From assembly GCA_963692865.2 (NCBI GenBank), contig OY843592.1, positions 3,712,001-3,776,000 of the forward strand: a stretch of DNA of 64,000 bases, in the 5' to 3' direction. The stretch comes from a bacterium (GTDB lineage Bacteria; UBA8248). The notes beneath the pieces were generated by a model. The model had not been told where the DNA came from, did not search any database, and saw nothing but the letters and a program-made list of their open reading frames with translations. Every line of letters begins with the position of its first letter. Position 1 is the first letter of the stretch. Position numbers and translations under genes: made by a program. This document shows, piece by piece, positions 10,219 through 20,435 of the stretch.

Positions 10219-11895
10219 TTAAAAATCATCCGACGAAAATTCGGGCCGTTCCCCCAGTATCGCCTTGATGTCCTCTCGCTTGTGTTTGCGCGTGGTGGTT
10301 TTGGGCAATTCCTCCTCGGGCCAGAGGAAAAAACCGGCCACCCGCTTGTAATCCGCGAGGTGCGCGCTCAGGCGCTTGAGTTCCGAGTCGGCCAGAGCGG
10401 CGCGCTTCTCGGCTTCTTGCGGCAAATCGGTTTCGGGATCGAGCAACACGACAGCGAACACCTCCTCACCACCGTGAGGTGATTTCCTGCCGATAACGCA
10501 CACGTCCTGGAACCATTTGCTCTCGAGAAGTTGCTCCTCCACCTCTTCGGGATAGATGTTTTTCCCCGCCTCAGAGACAATCACGTTTTTGGAGCGGCCG
10601 CATATCGTCAGGTAACCATCCGCATCCAGACGACCGATGTCTCCGGTATGAAACCACCCATCCTGCAAGACCTCAGCCGTCAGTTCCGGATTCTCGAAGT
10701 AGCCTTGCATCACGTTCGGTCCTCGTATGAGTACTTCTCCCTCTCCCTCGTCGGCGCCTTCTACGGGGACGACCCGCGCCTCCACCCCCGGAATCGGCGG
10801 GCCGACGGTTCCGATTCTGTTCGGCGCCCCCGGCGGAGTCACATGGGTAACGGGGGAAGTTTCCGTCAAACCATACCCCTGTAGCACTTCAATTCCCAAA
10901 ATCAGCAAATCGCTAGCGATTTTCGGGTCAAGTGCGGATCCCCCACTAGCAAAGAAACGCAAATCCGGGCCGAGATTCTTCTTTACCTGAGAAAACAACA
11001 AACCCCCGACGCGAAAACCCATGGAGAGGCAAATACCTGAAATACTGAAAAGGGTATTGAAAACGAGTTTTTTCGCCCCGTTCAGAGACTCCACGTTCGA
11101 CATGATCCGTTTGTGGATGAGGCGCGCAAGTGCCGGCACCATCAGGCAGATGGTGATGCCCTCGTTTTGCATGGCCTCCACGAGGAGCCGCGGGTTCAGG
11201 GAAGAGAGGTAATGCACGCGGGCGCCGGACGCCAGCGGTATCAGGAAACCACCCGTGCTCTCGAACATGTGATGAAGCGGCAGAATCGAGAGAAAAACGT
11301 CGTCGTCCCCTACGAGGAAAGGCTGGAGGGCTGCGCGCACGTTGGACGTGATGTTCCCGTGTGAGAGCATCACGCCCTTGGGCGTTCCCGTCGTTCCCGA
11401 TGAAAACGACACCAGCGCGAGATCGTCCGGGCCTCGTTCCACGCCCGGCAGCGCTTCGGAAGAAACGTCTGGTTCAACTTCCCTCTTCTCATCAAAGCGC
11501 AACACCGCGCAGTCTGATACCAGACCATCTGCAAGCGATGTTGCGCGTTCCACTTCCTGAGCATCCGTAACCAGACAAACGGGTCTTGCCTTCTCCAGGA
11601 TGTTCGCGAGTTCTCCCTCTTTCAGGTTCACATCCAGGGGCACGAGAACGCCGCCGGCGAGCAGCGCCCCGTAAAACCCCACCCCCCATTCGGGTTGATT
11701 CGGCGCCAACAGGGCGACGAAATCGCCCGGCTTCACACCCGCATCCATCAAGTCGCGGGCCAGGGCGGCCGCCTTTCCGCACAACTCCCTTCTCGTGAGC
11801 GCCACCCGGCCGCGTCCTTCCACATCGCCTTCCAGGGCGACCGAATCGGGAAATTTCGCGGTCGTCTCTTTCAGGAAATCAATCAGCGTGTCCAT
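10219..11895 (-). CDS. AMP-dependent (long-chain) acyl-CoA ligase
   Basis: FSSGTTGTPKG, QGYGLTETSP, WFHTGDIG, GKNIYPEEVE. Confidence 0.9.
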   Translation of the reverse strand: MDTLIDFLKETTAKFPDSVALEGDVEGRGRVALTRRELCGKAAALARDLMDAGVKPGDFVALLAPNQPEWGVGFYGALLAGGVLVPLDVNLKEGELANILEKARPVCLVTDAQEVERATSLADGLVSDCAVLRFDEKREVEPDVSSEALPGVERGPDDLALVSFSSGTTGTPKGVMLSHGNITSNVRAALQPFLVGDDDVFLSILPLHHMFESTGGFLIPLASGARVHYLSSLNPRLLVEAMQNEGITICLMVPALARLIHKRIMSNVESLNGAKKLVFNTLFSISGICLSMGFRVGGLLFSQVKKNLGPDLRFFASGGSALDPKIASDLLILGIEVLQGYGLTETSPVTHVTPPGAPNRIGTVGPPIPGVEARVVPVEGADEGEGEVLIRGPNVMQGYFENPELTAEVLQDGWFHTGDIGRLDADGYLTICGRSKNVIVSEAGKNIYPEEVEEQLLESKWFQDVCVIGRKSPHGGEEVFAVVLLDPETDLPQEAEKRAALADSELKRLSAHLADYKRVAGFFLWPEEELPKTTTRKHKREDIKAILGERPEFSSDDF

Positions 11896-11983
11896 TCAAG
11901 TTTCCTCCTGCTTCGGCCCGGCCGAAAGCTTCCGCCAGGCAGAACGGGGTTTACCACCACTCGACTCCAGTAAACGTCCCGGG

Positions 11984-12775
11984 CTAAATCAACCGTTTTC
12001 TGACTTGCCATGCGGCGAACTCTCCCGCGAAAACCAGGGCGATAATGGCCAGCACCAGCACGCCTGATTTTTGCCACTGAAACTGCTTCACGTACAAGAA
12101 CACGTAAAAACCCAGCCCCCCCGCGCCGACGAGACCCAGAATCGTGGAATCGCGCAGATTCATCTCGAAGCGAATGGCCAGATGCGCGACCATCTGCGGC
12201 AGAACCTGGGGAATCAGCCCATGTTGTATGACCTGGACGGACGAGGCGCCCGTGCCCTGCAATGCGAGCAGGGGTTTCGGATCGGTCGCCTCGATTTCCT
12301 CCGCCACGAACCGGCCGAGCACCCCGACCGAGTGAACCGCCAGCGCCAAAACGCCAGGGAAAGGGCCGAGCCCCACGGCGGAGACGAACAACAATGCGAG
12401 AAGCAGCAAGGGGATGGAGCGGACGAACGCCATGAACGCCTTGATGGGCAAATGGACCCAGATCGGCGTCCAGTTCGACGCCGCGAGGACGCCCAGCGGA
12501 TAAGCGAACAGGGCACCCAGAAAAGTGCCCGCAATGGTGGTTTGCAACGTTTCGACAGCCGAGGTCAGCAAAACGTCCCAGACCGACCAGTCGGGCGGCG
12601 TCATCCGGCCAAAAAAGTGAAACAGCTGGGGAATCCCGCGCCAGAATTGCCCGGGTGAAAACTCAGAACCCTGAAAAGACCAGAATAAGAGTGCGCTAAC
12701 CACCAGAAAGAGGCTGATCTTGCCAGCCATACGGCCAGGTGAAAGCGCTTCTGCTTGCTCTCGTTCCGTTCCCAT
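11984..12775 (-). CDS. phnE: PhnE/PtxC-family ABC permease
   Basis: PPDW, RSIP, VGLGPFPGVLAL, FEMNLRDSTILGLVGAGGLG. Confidence 0.85.
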   Translation of the reverse strand: MGTEREQAEALSPGRMAGKISLFLVVSALLFWSFQGSEFSPGQFWRGIPQLFHFFGRMTPPDWSVWDVLLTSAVETLQTTIAGTFLGALFAYPLGVLAASNWTPIWVHLPIKAFMAFVRSIPLLLLALLFVSAVGLGPFPGVLALAVHSVGVLGRFVAEEIEATDPKPLLALQGTGASSVQVIQHGLIPQVLPQMVAHLAIRFEMNLRDSTILGLVGAGGLGFYVFLYVKQFQWQKSGVLVLAIIALVFAGEFAAWQVRKRLI

Positions 12776-13541
12776 TCACGACTCCATTCGTTCCCACGAA
12801 CTCGTAGATTTCACGTATCCTATCATTCGAAAGAGAATTCGAAGAACCATCCCACATGATTTTTCCGTTTTTCATCGCGAGGACTCTATCGGCATACTTC
12901 CGCGCAAGCTCTGGAAGGTGAAGGCTCATCATGAGCGTGAGTTCGTAGGCGTCGCAAACCGACACGAGAAGATCCATGATGTCCTCGGCCAGCGCCGGAT
13001 CCAGGCTCGATACGGGCTCGTCGGCCAGCAGAATCGTCGGTTCCTGCGCCAACGCTCGGGCAATGGCCACGCGCTGCTGTTCTCCACCGGAGAGCGTGCG
13101 GGCGAAGCGGCGTTGCTTGTCCTCGAGGTGCACCTCATGAATGGCCTGCGCGCAGATTCGCAAATCGCGCTGCGAGCAGATTCCCATCATGCTTTTCAAC
13201 AAAGACACATAACCGAGCCTTCCGTGATAGACGTTTTGCCAGACGGTTTCCCGGCCTATCAGATCGAAATGCTGATGAATCATACCGATATGCCGATGGT
13301 GGGTTTTCATCTTTTGCGTATCCTTGATCGGGAAAACATCTCCCATCACGACCACCTTGCCCTCCTGGCAAGGCACGTAGCCTTTCAGCATTCTCATGAG
13401 AGTCGTCTTGCCGGAACCGCTGTTGCCGATGATGGCCACTCTCTCTCCACGAGAGACCTCGAGATGATCGAGGGAAAGAATCGTCCGCCCCTCCATCTCA
13501 ATACGCGCATCTTCGATTTGGATGACCACCTCTTCTGACAT
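12696..13541 (-). CDS. phnC: PhnC-family ABC ATP-binding protein
   Basis: [38 protein letters not shown]. Confidence 0.88.
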   Translation of the reverse strand: MSEEVVIQIEDARIEMEGRTILSLDHLEVSRGERVAIIGNSGSGKTTLMRMLKGYVPCQEGKVVVMGDVFPIKDTQKMKTHHRHIGMIHQHFDLIGRETVWQNVYHGRLGYVSLLKSMMGICSQRDLRICAQAIHEVHLEDKQRRFARTLSGGEQQRVAIARALAQEPTILLADEPVSSLDPALAEDIMDLLVSVCDAYELTLMMSLHLPELARKYADRVLAMKNGKIMWDGSSNSLSNDRIREIYEFVGTNGVVNGNGTRASRSAFTWPYGWQDQPLSGG

Positions 13542-13544
13542 TTT

Positions 13545-14468
13545 CTACTCCTTCAAAAAACCATACTTGCGAGCCATGTCGGCAACCGATTTATAACGGC
13601 TGTGTCCGACCCTGACGTAACCATCCGTTCCGTAAAGAGCCCGCAGCAAACTGCGATTTTCAGGCTGGTTCATCTTCAACATCGCCGAAACGAATTTTCG
13701 CCTGATTTCAGGCTCCAGCCCTTTGCGCACCACCACGTTGTGGCTGGGAATTCTGGCCGACTGCGCAATGGCGACGACCCGGTCGCGGTGCTCGGGACGC
13801 AGAAGATTGAGCGCGTATTGGCTTACACCCGCAGCGGCGACGAAGCCGCCGACCATCGAGTTGATCGCCTGCTGATCCCCGCCTGCGAAATACACCCTTC
13901 GGAAAAACCCGCCCTCGGGCTTTTCCACTCCCCCCTTCGCCAGACCAGCGCGAATGAAAATGTCGTGGGGGTACATGAACCCCGAACTCGAAATGGGGTC
14001 GACATAAGCAATGGTCTTGCCCCTGAGATCGGAGAGCTTCTTGATGCCGCTGTCCTTGCGCACGAAAATCTTCGAGTAGTAATAGGATTTCCCATCGTAT
14101 ATCTCGCCGAGAACCGCCTCGACTCCCGAATGCCTGTTCGCCAGGACATAAGGCAGCGGAGACATGAAGCTCACGTCCGCCTTTTTCGAAATCATGGCTT
14201 CCACGGCGGCCGAGTAGTTCAGAGTAATGAAATACCGAACCTTGCGCCCCATCTCCCTTTCGAGGAAATTCATCGCCGGCTTCACGTTGCTGATGAGTTT
14301 CTCGGGATTCTCCAGTGGAATGAACGCGACCCGAAGCTCTCTATCGACCGCGTAGAGGGGAGCTGCAGCGAACACCAAGAAACTGGAGATGAGGAGAATC
14401 ACCATCTTGAAACCGGCCCTCTGCGCTCTCGGCGATGATATTCGGATGAAAGGCATGGCTCTGCTCAT
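13545..14468 (-). CDS. phnD: PhnD/PtxB-family substrate-binding protein
   Basis: Signal peptide, LRVAFIP, NYSAAVEAM, DLRGKTIAYVDPISSSGFMYP. Confidence 0.82.
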   Translation of the reverse strand: MSRAMPFIRISSPRAQRAGFKMVILLISSFLVFAAAPLYAVDRELRVAFIPLENPEKLISNVKPAMNFLEREMGRKVRYFITLNYSAAVEAMISKKADVSFMSPLPYVLANRHSGVEAVLGEIYDGKSYYYSKIFVRKDSGIKKLSDLRGKTIAYVDPISSSGFMYPHDIFIRAGLAKGGVEKPEGGFFRRVYFAGGDQQAINSMVGGFVAAAGVSQYALNLLRPEHRDRVVAIAQSARIPSHNVVVRKGLEPEIRRKFVSAMLKMNQPENRSLLRALYGTDGYVRVGHSRYKSVADMARKYGFLKE

Positions 14469-16426
14469 TTCAGTTTGTCCCGGTTTTTCTGGTAAAGCGC
14501 GTGATAAGCTGCGAGTTTATGGTCGGTCATATTCACGTCGCCGGCGAGATGCGCTCTCAGGGCCTCGCTCAGTCTTTCCTCCATCTGATTGAGAATCGGC
14601 AGATTTTCCTCGTCCTGAACATCCCATTTATGGGCCTGCACCTCACGCACCACGGTTTTGAGCAAGACGGTGATCAACTCTTTTTTCTTTCTCTGTTTCA
14701 AACGCTCATACGTGGAGAGGAAAAACTTGAACTCCTCCAACTCCGACTCCAGCGTGTAAACCGTATTCTCAATTCCCTGGACGCCATCTCCCACGGCTTC
14801 GACGTAGGCCGTGAGGTCGTCGATATCTTCTCGGCTCAGCCCCAGCTTGAATTGCCTGTTAAACCACTCGCTCACCGCCCGCAGTGTGGAAAGGCTCCCG
14901 TCGTGGAAATATGGGGCCGTGAATTTCGACGAGAGCAGAGTCGGCGTATCCAAACCGCCGACGCGGAAGGGCTGGTTCCTTCCTCCCGCGGAGCCGATGT
15001 CGTGGCGTTTGTGGTCCACGAAGTTCGCGTTTGGAATGTGACAACTCGCGCAACTCATGCCGCCCATCATCTGGGGGAATTTCCGGTGAAATATCTTCTC
15101 GCCCCGAAGCGCTGCTTTTGAAACCTTCCCGGGATTGAGCCTCCCGCTTATTTTCAGCTTCGGGTTCGGCAAGAACTCGAACTCGTTCATGTAGGCGATC
15201 ATCCCGTCCATGATCATCGGATCGGGCTCGGGACCGTTGAACTCGTTCACGATGACGTTGCGGACGAATTCCCTGAGTGAGGCGAAACGCCCGTTTCTTC
15301 CGTAGGGGGCCGTGAAGCGAATGCCCCGCAAATCAGGCGTGTCCAATGGATCGTGCAGGCCGTTGTTGGCATGGCCGGCGAAGAAGCTGTTCGACACGTC
15401 CATTCCGCCTTTTTCCCCGGAAAGGCCGGGAATAAAGAGTTTGGGATTCGTCACCCCCTTGTTGTGGCAAGTGTTGCAACTGACGCCTAAGCTGCGCGCG
15501 GGTTCGCCGAAAATCTCCGCGCTGTCGAAAGCCATATCGCCCAGGGCGATGAGAAAGGTTTCCGCCTCGTTCACTCCGCGCTCCGCCATTCCGAGAATTT
15601 GTCTGGGACGCGGGAGTTGTTTGTTGATGTCGGAGCCGGGCGGCAGGCGCCAGGGGACTTTCGCTGTTTCAATATACGTTTCGCTCTTCCTGGGACGGGG
15701 CAGAAGCCTGTGCCCTCTTCCGGCCCGGAACCCCGAAAAATTCGCGTGGAAATACCGGCGGATGAACACGGTACTCCTGTGAATTTTCTTGATGTTCATC
15801 GGCCTTGCGCCGATGCCCATCACACCCGCCGCCCCAAGGTGGGAACTCGCCTCGAGCCAATGGATTTGCATCTTTTTCCACGCTTCAGGATCCAGGTGCG
15901 GCAGGGTCTCGGCGAAAGCCCGGGAGATTCTTCGCGCCTCGTTCAGGAGGCTTTTCACCTCGGCTCTGTCCGAGTTCGCTTTGATGGCGTCCAGATGAGA
16001 TATCAACAGCGAGGCGACCGCCCGCGTGGCCAGGGAGAAAACCAGACGACTCCCGTTCTTGCGCGCGGTGACCATGTCCGGTTCTTCATCGCCTCTCGCC
16101 ACGGGTTGGGCCACGCGCTTGGCAACGGCCAACTCTTCCGAGAACCTCTTCGCACCGGGAGAATTCACCCCATTGAGCGCCTCCTCGATACGCCCCATAT
16201 CGGACCAGACCTGCGGCCAGAGCACGGGGTTGAGATTCAAGATGAAGCCGGCGCGACGGTAACTTTCGGCAACGGGATGCAATTCCTCGGGGGGAACGAC
16301 GTGCGCCGATGCCGGGCCGAAACACATCACCAGCAAACCGGCGGCCAGAAACCACATCGGCGCCACCAAGGAATTTTTGATACGCAGAGCAAGCCTCGCC
16401 CCGGGCGTTTTGAGGCCGCAAATCAT
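14465..16426 (-). CDS. Secreted di-heme cytochrome c of the bCcP/MauG superfamily with large accessory N- and C-terminal domains
   Basis: Signal peptide (…PASA|HVVP); two CXXCH motifs (SCNTCH, SCASCH); DTPDLRG..TAPYGRNG and DTPTL..TAPYFHDGS motifs. Confidence 0.8.
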   Translation of the reverse strand: MICGLKTPGARLALRIKNSLVAPMWFLAAGLLVMCFGPASAHVVPPEELHPVAESYRRAGFILNLNPVLWPQVWSDMGRIEEALNGVNSPGAKRFSEELAVAKRVAQPVARGDEEPDMVTARKNGSRLVFSLATRAVASLLISHLDAIKANSDRAEVKSLLNEARRISRAFAETLPHLDPEAWKKMQIHWLEASSHLGAAGVMGIGARPMNIKKIHRSTVFIRRYFHANFSGFRAGRGHRLLPRPRKSETYIETAKVPWRLPPGSDINKQLPRPRQILGMAERGVNEAETFLIALGDMAFDSAEIFGEPARSLGVSCNTCHNKGVTNPKLFIPGLSGEKGGMDVSNSFFAGHANNGLHDPLDTPDLRGIRFTAPYGRNGRFASLREFVRNVIVNEFNGPEPDPMIMDGMIAYMNEFEFLPNPKLKISGRLNPGKVSKAALRGEKIFHRKFPQMMGGMSCASCHIPNANFVDHKRHDIGSAGGRNQPFRVGGLDTPTLLSSKFTAPYFHDGSLSTLRAVSEWFNRQFKLGLSREDIDDLTAYVEAVGDGVQGIENTVYTLESELEEFKFFLSTYERLKQRKKKELITVLLKTVVREVQAHKWDVQDEENLPILNQMEERLSEALRAHLAGDVNMTDHKLAAYHALYQKNRDKLK

Positions 16427-16508
16427 GTTTTCAGTTCTCCATAAAAACCATCAACAAAGAAATTTTATTTGGATTCGAAAAATAAAGTCAACCCTTACTG
16501 AATATATT

Positions 16509-16524
16509 TTTAGTCATGCCTAAA
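16509..16524. promoter_or_regulatory. Putative DtxR/MntR-family metal-repressor operator
   Basis: Near-perfect 16-bp palindrome TTTAGTCATGCCTAAA in an AT-rich region about 85 bp upstream of the di-heme cytochrome start. Resembles TTTAGG-N4-CCTAAA boxes. Confidence 0.55.
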
Positions 16525-16622
16525 TTTAGAAAAAGAACCAAACATCAGCATAAACAGGCACTTCTCTGAGATTGCCAAAAATATCGCATTAAAAAAATTT
16601 GTCTTTTGTAGAAATTGGGCAC

Positions 16623-16655
16623 AAAAAACCGACCCTGAAACAGAGTCGGTTTTTT
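16623..16655. terminator. Intrinsic, probably bidirectional, terminator downstream of glnK
   Basis: AAAAAACCGAC-cctgaaacaga-GTCGGTTTTTT hairpin flanked by A6 and T6. Confidence 0.75.
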
Positions 16656-16776
16656 GAAGGTTCGGGGCTCGGAGGTTTTTGTGTTTCTAAAAATTGATTC
16701 GAGGTTGGCTCCCAAAAACCATAAAGTCTTCCGCTCTACCTCTTGCCTGAACAAAACTCTCCGAGGCGAGGACCCC

Positions 16777-17118
<342 letters not shown>

Positions 17119-17173
17119 TCATTCCTCTCAGATGACGGATGGACTCATCCGGTATAATCCCTTCGCGCCTGCA

Positions 17174-18565
17174 TCAACCCAACCTCTCGCCCGCGTAGGC
17201 CTCCATGGCGTGCTCGGAGATGTCGAGGCCCGCCAATTCATCCTCTGCGGAAACGCGCACGCCCATAACGGCCCTCACCACATGCCAAAGGACGAAGGAC
17301 AAAGCGAAGGTGAAGATACCTACCGCAACGACACCCGCAAGCTGTTTGATGAAGAGCCCCGCGCCGCCGCCGTAGAACAGACCCACGACGCTGTCGTCGA
17401 TGGAAGGCGCGGCGAACAAACCCAGCGCAAGCGTACCGAAGACGCCGCACACAAGGTGAACCGAAACCGCTCCGACCGGATCGTCTATCTTGATCTTGTC
17501 GAGGAACGGAATCGCAACGCAGACGATGAAGCCTGCGGCCAGACCGATAATCACCGCTCCCAGCGGAGCAACGTTGGCGCATGGGGCCGTGATGGCGACC
17601 AGCCCGGCAAGCGCGCCGTTCACGCTCATGGAAAGATCGGCTTTTCCGAACATGGCCCTCGAAGTGATGCTCGAAGCCACGACGCCCGCCGAGGCGGCGA
17701 GGTTCGTCGTCACCGCGATGCGCGCGATGGCGCCTGCGTCTGCGGCCATGGTGCTGCCCGGGTTGAACCCGAACCATCCGAGCCACAAGATGAACCCGCC
17801 CAACGTGACGAGCGGCATGTTGTGGCCGGGCATCGGCTGCATCCGGCCGTCGGAGGTGTACTTGCCGAGCCGCGGGCCGAGGACGATAATTCCGGCGAGT
17901 CCCGCCCAGCCGCCCACGGAATGAACCACGGTGGAGCCGGCGAAATCGAGAAAACCCATACCGCCCAACCAGCCGCCACCCCAGATCCAGTGGCCCTGGA
18001 TGGGATAGATGACGGCGACGAGCAGGAAACTGAAGATCATGAACGAAGAGAACTTGATGCGCTCGGCCACACAACCTGAAACGATGGTCGCCGCCGTCGC
18101 CGCAAACACGAGTTGGAAGAAGAACTTCGCGTAGAGCGGCACGCCCGTCCAATTGAGGGACGAGAAAACACCTTTGTACGCTTCACCCGTGGCCGGGCTG
18201 TTGTCCGCTCCCGAGAGGAAAAACCCATTCGTTCCGAATATCGAGCTTCCGTCCCCGAACATGAGGGCGAAACCCAATATCCAAAACGCCAGGGACGAGA
18301 CGGCGACGACACCGAAGTTCTTATACAGAATGGCGACGGTGTTCTTGGCCCGGCAAAGCCCCGATTCGAGCATCGCGAAGCCTGCGTGCATGAAAAACAC
18401 CAGAAAACCGGCCACCATCACCCACACGGTATCCGCCGCGACTTGCAAATTCGCGAGGCTCTTCGCCATGGCCTTGACATCCTGCGCCCAGCCGTTGCCG
18501 GCAAAGGACAAAACCCCCACGGCGAAGACCAACGCCGCCGTAATGTAGAGATTTCTTCTTCTCAT
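17174..18565 (-). CDS. amtB: Ammonium transporter
   Basis: GFAMLESG, FQLVFAAT, DFAGSTVVH, WLGWFGFN, DDPVGAVSVH. Start chosen after a GGGAGG RBS. Confidence 0.95.
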   Translation of the reverse strand: MRRRNLYITAALVFAVGVLSFAGNGWAQDVKAMAKSLANLQVAADTVWVMVAGFLVFFMHAGFAMLESGLCRAKNTVAILYKNFGVVAVSSLAFWILGFALMFGDGSSIFGTNGFFLSGADNSPATGEAYKGVFSSLNWTGVPLYAKFFFQLVFAATAATIVSGCVAERIKFSSFMIFSFLLVAVIYPIQGHWIWGGGWLGGMGFLDFAGSTVVHSVGGWAGLAGIIVLGPRLGKYTSDGRMQPMPGHNMPLVTLGGFILWLGWFGFNPGSTMAADAGAIARIAVTTNLAASAGVVASSITSRAMFGKADLSMSVNGALAGLVAITAPCANVAPLGAVIIGLAAGFIVCVAIPFLDKIKIDDPVGAVSVHLVCGVFGTLALGLFAAPSIDDSVVGLFYGGGAGLFIKQLAGVVAVGIFTFALSFVLWHVVRAVMGVRVSAEDELAGLDISEHAMEAYAGERLG

Positions 18566-18811
18566 GATCCCTCCCCCGATACGTTTCAGCCATTTCGAGA
18601 ATTCACGTTCGTAAAACATCGTCTTTATTTTGTAGGTGAGAAATATTTCGGTCTCGTTTCCGCCGTATTACTCGAAAGTTAATTGCGCCTTCTTCGCACC
18701 TATCCGCTCCGGTTTGACAGGCGATTTCGTGCGTGTTAGCAATTCCGCCAATTCGATCAAATTTCTTCCGACTAAGCCCTTTTCCGGAATCAACCCACTG
18801 AAGGAGAAACA

Positions 18812-19255
18812 ATGCCTCCAAAGCGAAAACCCAAAATTCCCGCGAGAGCCCTCAAGCGCGGCGCACACCTATGGACCAAGGAGTTCACCGAGCGCATCGG
18901 TCATGACATGGCCGAATGGGCGGATGAGGAATTCATGGAGCTTTTCATGAACTTCTGCTATGGCGGGCTTTATGATCGAAATGTCCTGTCCCATAAAACC
19001 AGGGAGCTTTGCGCCGTGGCCGCATGCGTCATGGCAAACGCGCATCCGCAACTGCGCACCCACATCCAGGCCTCGTGGAACTGCGGGGCGACGAAGCGTG
19101 AAATCATGGAGGTCATCATCCAGATGGCCACTTACTGCGGGATGCCCTACATGCTTCAAGCGGCTCGAATCGCCGCGAACGAGGTTTTTCCCTTGCTCAA
19201 GCGCGGAGAAAAGGCAGCCGCTCCGCCGCCGGGCCTGAAGTTGAAAGAAAAATAA
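18812..19255 (+). CDS. Carboxymuconolactone decarboxylase family protein
   Basis: YGGLYDRNVLSHKTREL, LRTHI...GATKREIMEVIIQMATYCGMP; AAGGAG RBS. Confidence 0.85.
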   Translation: MPPKRKPKIPARALKRGAHLWTKEFTERIGHDMAEWADEEFMELFMNFCYGGLYDRNVLSHKTRELCAVAACVMANAHPQLRTHIQASWNCGATKREIMEVIIQMATYCGMPYMLQAARIAANEVFPLLKRGEKAAAPPPGLKLKEK

Positions 19256-19319
19256 CCCGAAATCAACAAGCGCCAGACGGCGCCACACCCAAAATCAAAT
19301 ACGGGAGGAGCATCATCCA

Positions 19320-20096
19320 ATGGCCCGAAGAATCGTAGATTTAAGCGTTCCCCTTCAAAACGCGCCCATGGAGAACAACCCGGCCGCCATCCAGTACGTG
19401 AACCACACCGAACTCGGGCGCATGCGAGCCAAATCATACAAGTTTCCGGACACCAGCTATTTTCCGGACCACATGCATTGCGCAACCGAAAACATCACGG
19501 CCATCAGCACGCACAGCGGCACGCACCTCGATTCCCCGTACCACTACGGCCCCGAATGTGAGGGACAACCCTCCAAAACGATCGACCTCGTTCCCCTCGA
19601 ATGGTGCGTGGGTGATGGGGTGGTCCTGGATTTTCACGACGCCGAGCGCGGCCACAACATCACGCTGGAGGAAACGCAGCAGAAAGTGGCGGCCTTGGAG
19701 GAGAAAGGCTATTCCCTCAAGCCGATGGACATCGTCCTCATCCGCACCGACCACACCACGAAGTATCTTTACACCCCCGATTTCGAGCAAACACATCCGG
19801 GCATGAGCGTCGACGCTACGGAATGGCTCGTCGATCGGGGCATCAAGGTGATGGGGATTGACGCATGGGGTTTCGACATTCCCGTCTCCAGGATGACCGA
19901 ACTCAGGCGCCAGGGGAACACGAAAGATTTCTTCGGCAGCCATTTCCTGGGCCGCAAGAAAGAATACATCCACGCGGAAAAACTCATGAATCTCGATAAA
20001 ATCCCCGAATTCGGCTTCACTGTCTCGATGCTCCCCGTCAAGATAGAGCGCGCAAGCGGCGCCTGGTGTCGGGCCGTGGCCATCATCGACGATTAG
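19320..20096 (+). CDS. Cyclase / kynurenine formamidase family metallohydrolase
   Basis: IVDLS, THSGTHLDSPYH, DIVLIRT, HPGMS, GIDAWGFD, HAEKLMNL. Confidence 0.9.
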   Translation: MARRIVDLSVPLQNAPMENNPAAIQYVNHTELGRMRAKSYKFPDTSYFPDHMHCATENITAISTHSGTHLDSPYHYGPECEGQPSKTIDLVPLEWCVGDGVVLDFHDAERGHNITLEETQQKVAALEEKGYSLKPMDIVLIRTDHTTKYLYTPDFEQTHPGMSVDATEWLVDRGIKVMGIDAWGFDIPVSRMTELRRQGNTKDFFGSHFLGRKKEYIHAEKLMNLDKIPEFGFTVSMLPVKIERASGAWCRAVAIIDD

Positions 20097-20210
20097 ACCG
20101 AATTTCTCCGCGGAGGCTGAGACCTGCGCAGTGGAGTGACTTCTCGGGAAAATATGGTAATATCCCTCACATAAGACAGTGGTGCGGAAACAAATCAGGG
20201 GAGTGGATCA

Positions 20211-20408
20211 ATGGCTTCATATGAGAGCGCAGCGAATCAAGGAACCCTGTCCGGTGGCCTCATCCGGCGAATGGATGCCGTCAAGCCGGCCATCCTGGCG
20301 ATCGTTCTCGGCGTATTCATTCTCTACGGCGTAGGCTTCGCCCAACCACGGCTTTTGCATGACGCCGCACACGACACCCGCCACGCCTTCGCCTTCCCCT
20401 GCCATTAA
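20211..20408 (+). CDS. cbtB: CbtB-type small cobalt-transporter subunit
   Basis: One TM helix followed by HDAAHDTRHAFAFPCH. Confidence 0.85.
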   Translation: MASYESAANQGTLSGGLIRRMDAVKPAILAIVLGVFILYGVGFAQPRLLHDAAHDTRHAFAFPCH

Positions 20409-20435
20409 CAGGCCCGGCAACATATTGCCGGACAA

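Noticed and set aside
18660-18760. Sigma54 promoter or NtrC site for amtB
   Set aside because: TGGC...TTGC spacing is wrong for -24/-12, and the TGCG-N7-CGCA match is weak.
20097-20210. Cobalamin riboswitch before cbtB
   Set aside because: Too short and no recognisable B12-box.
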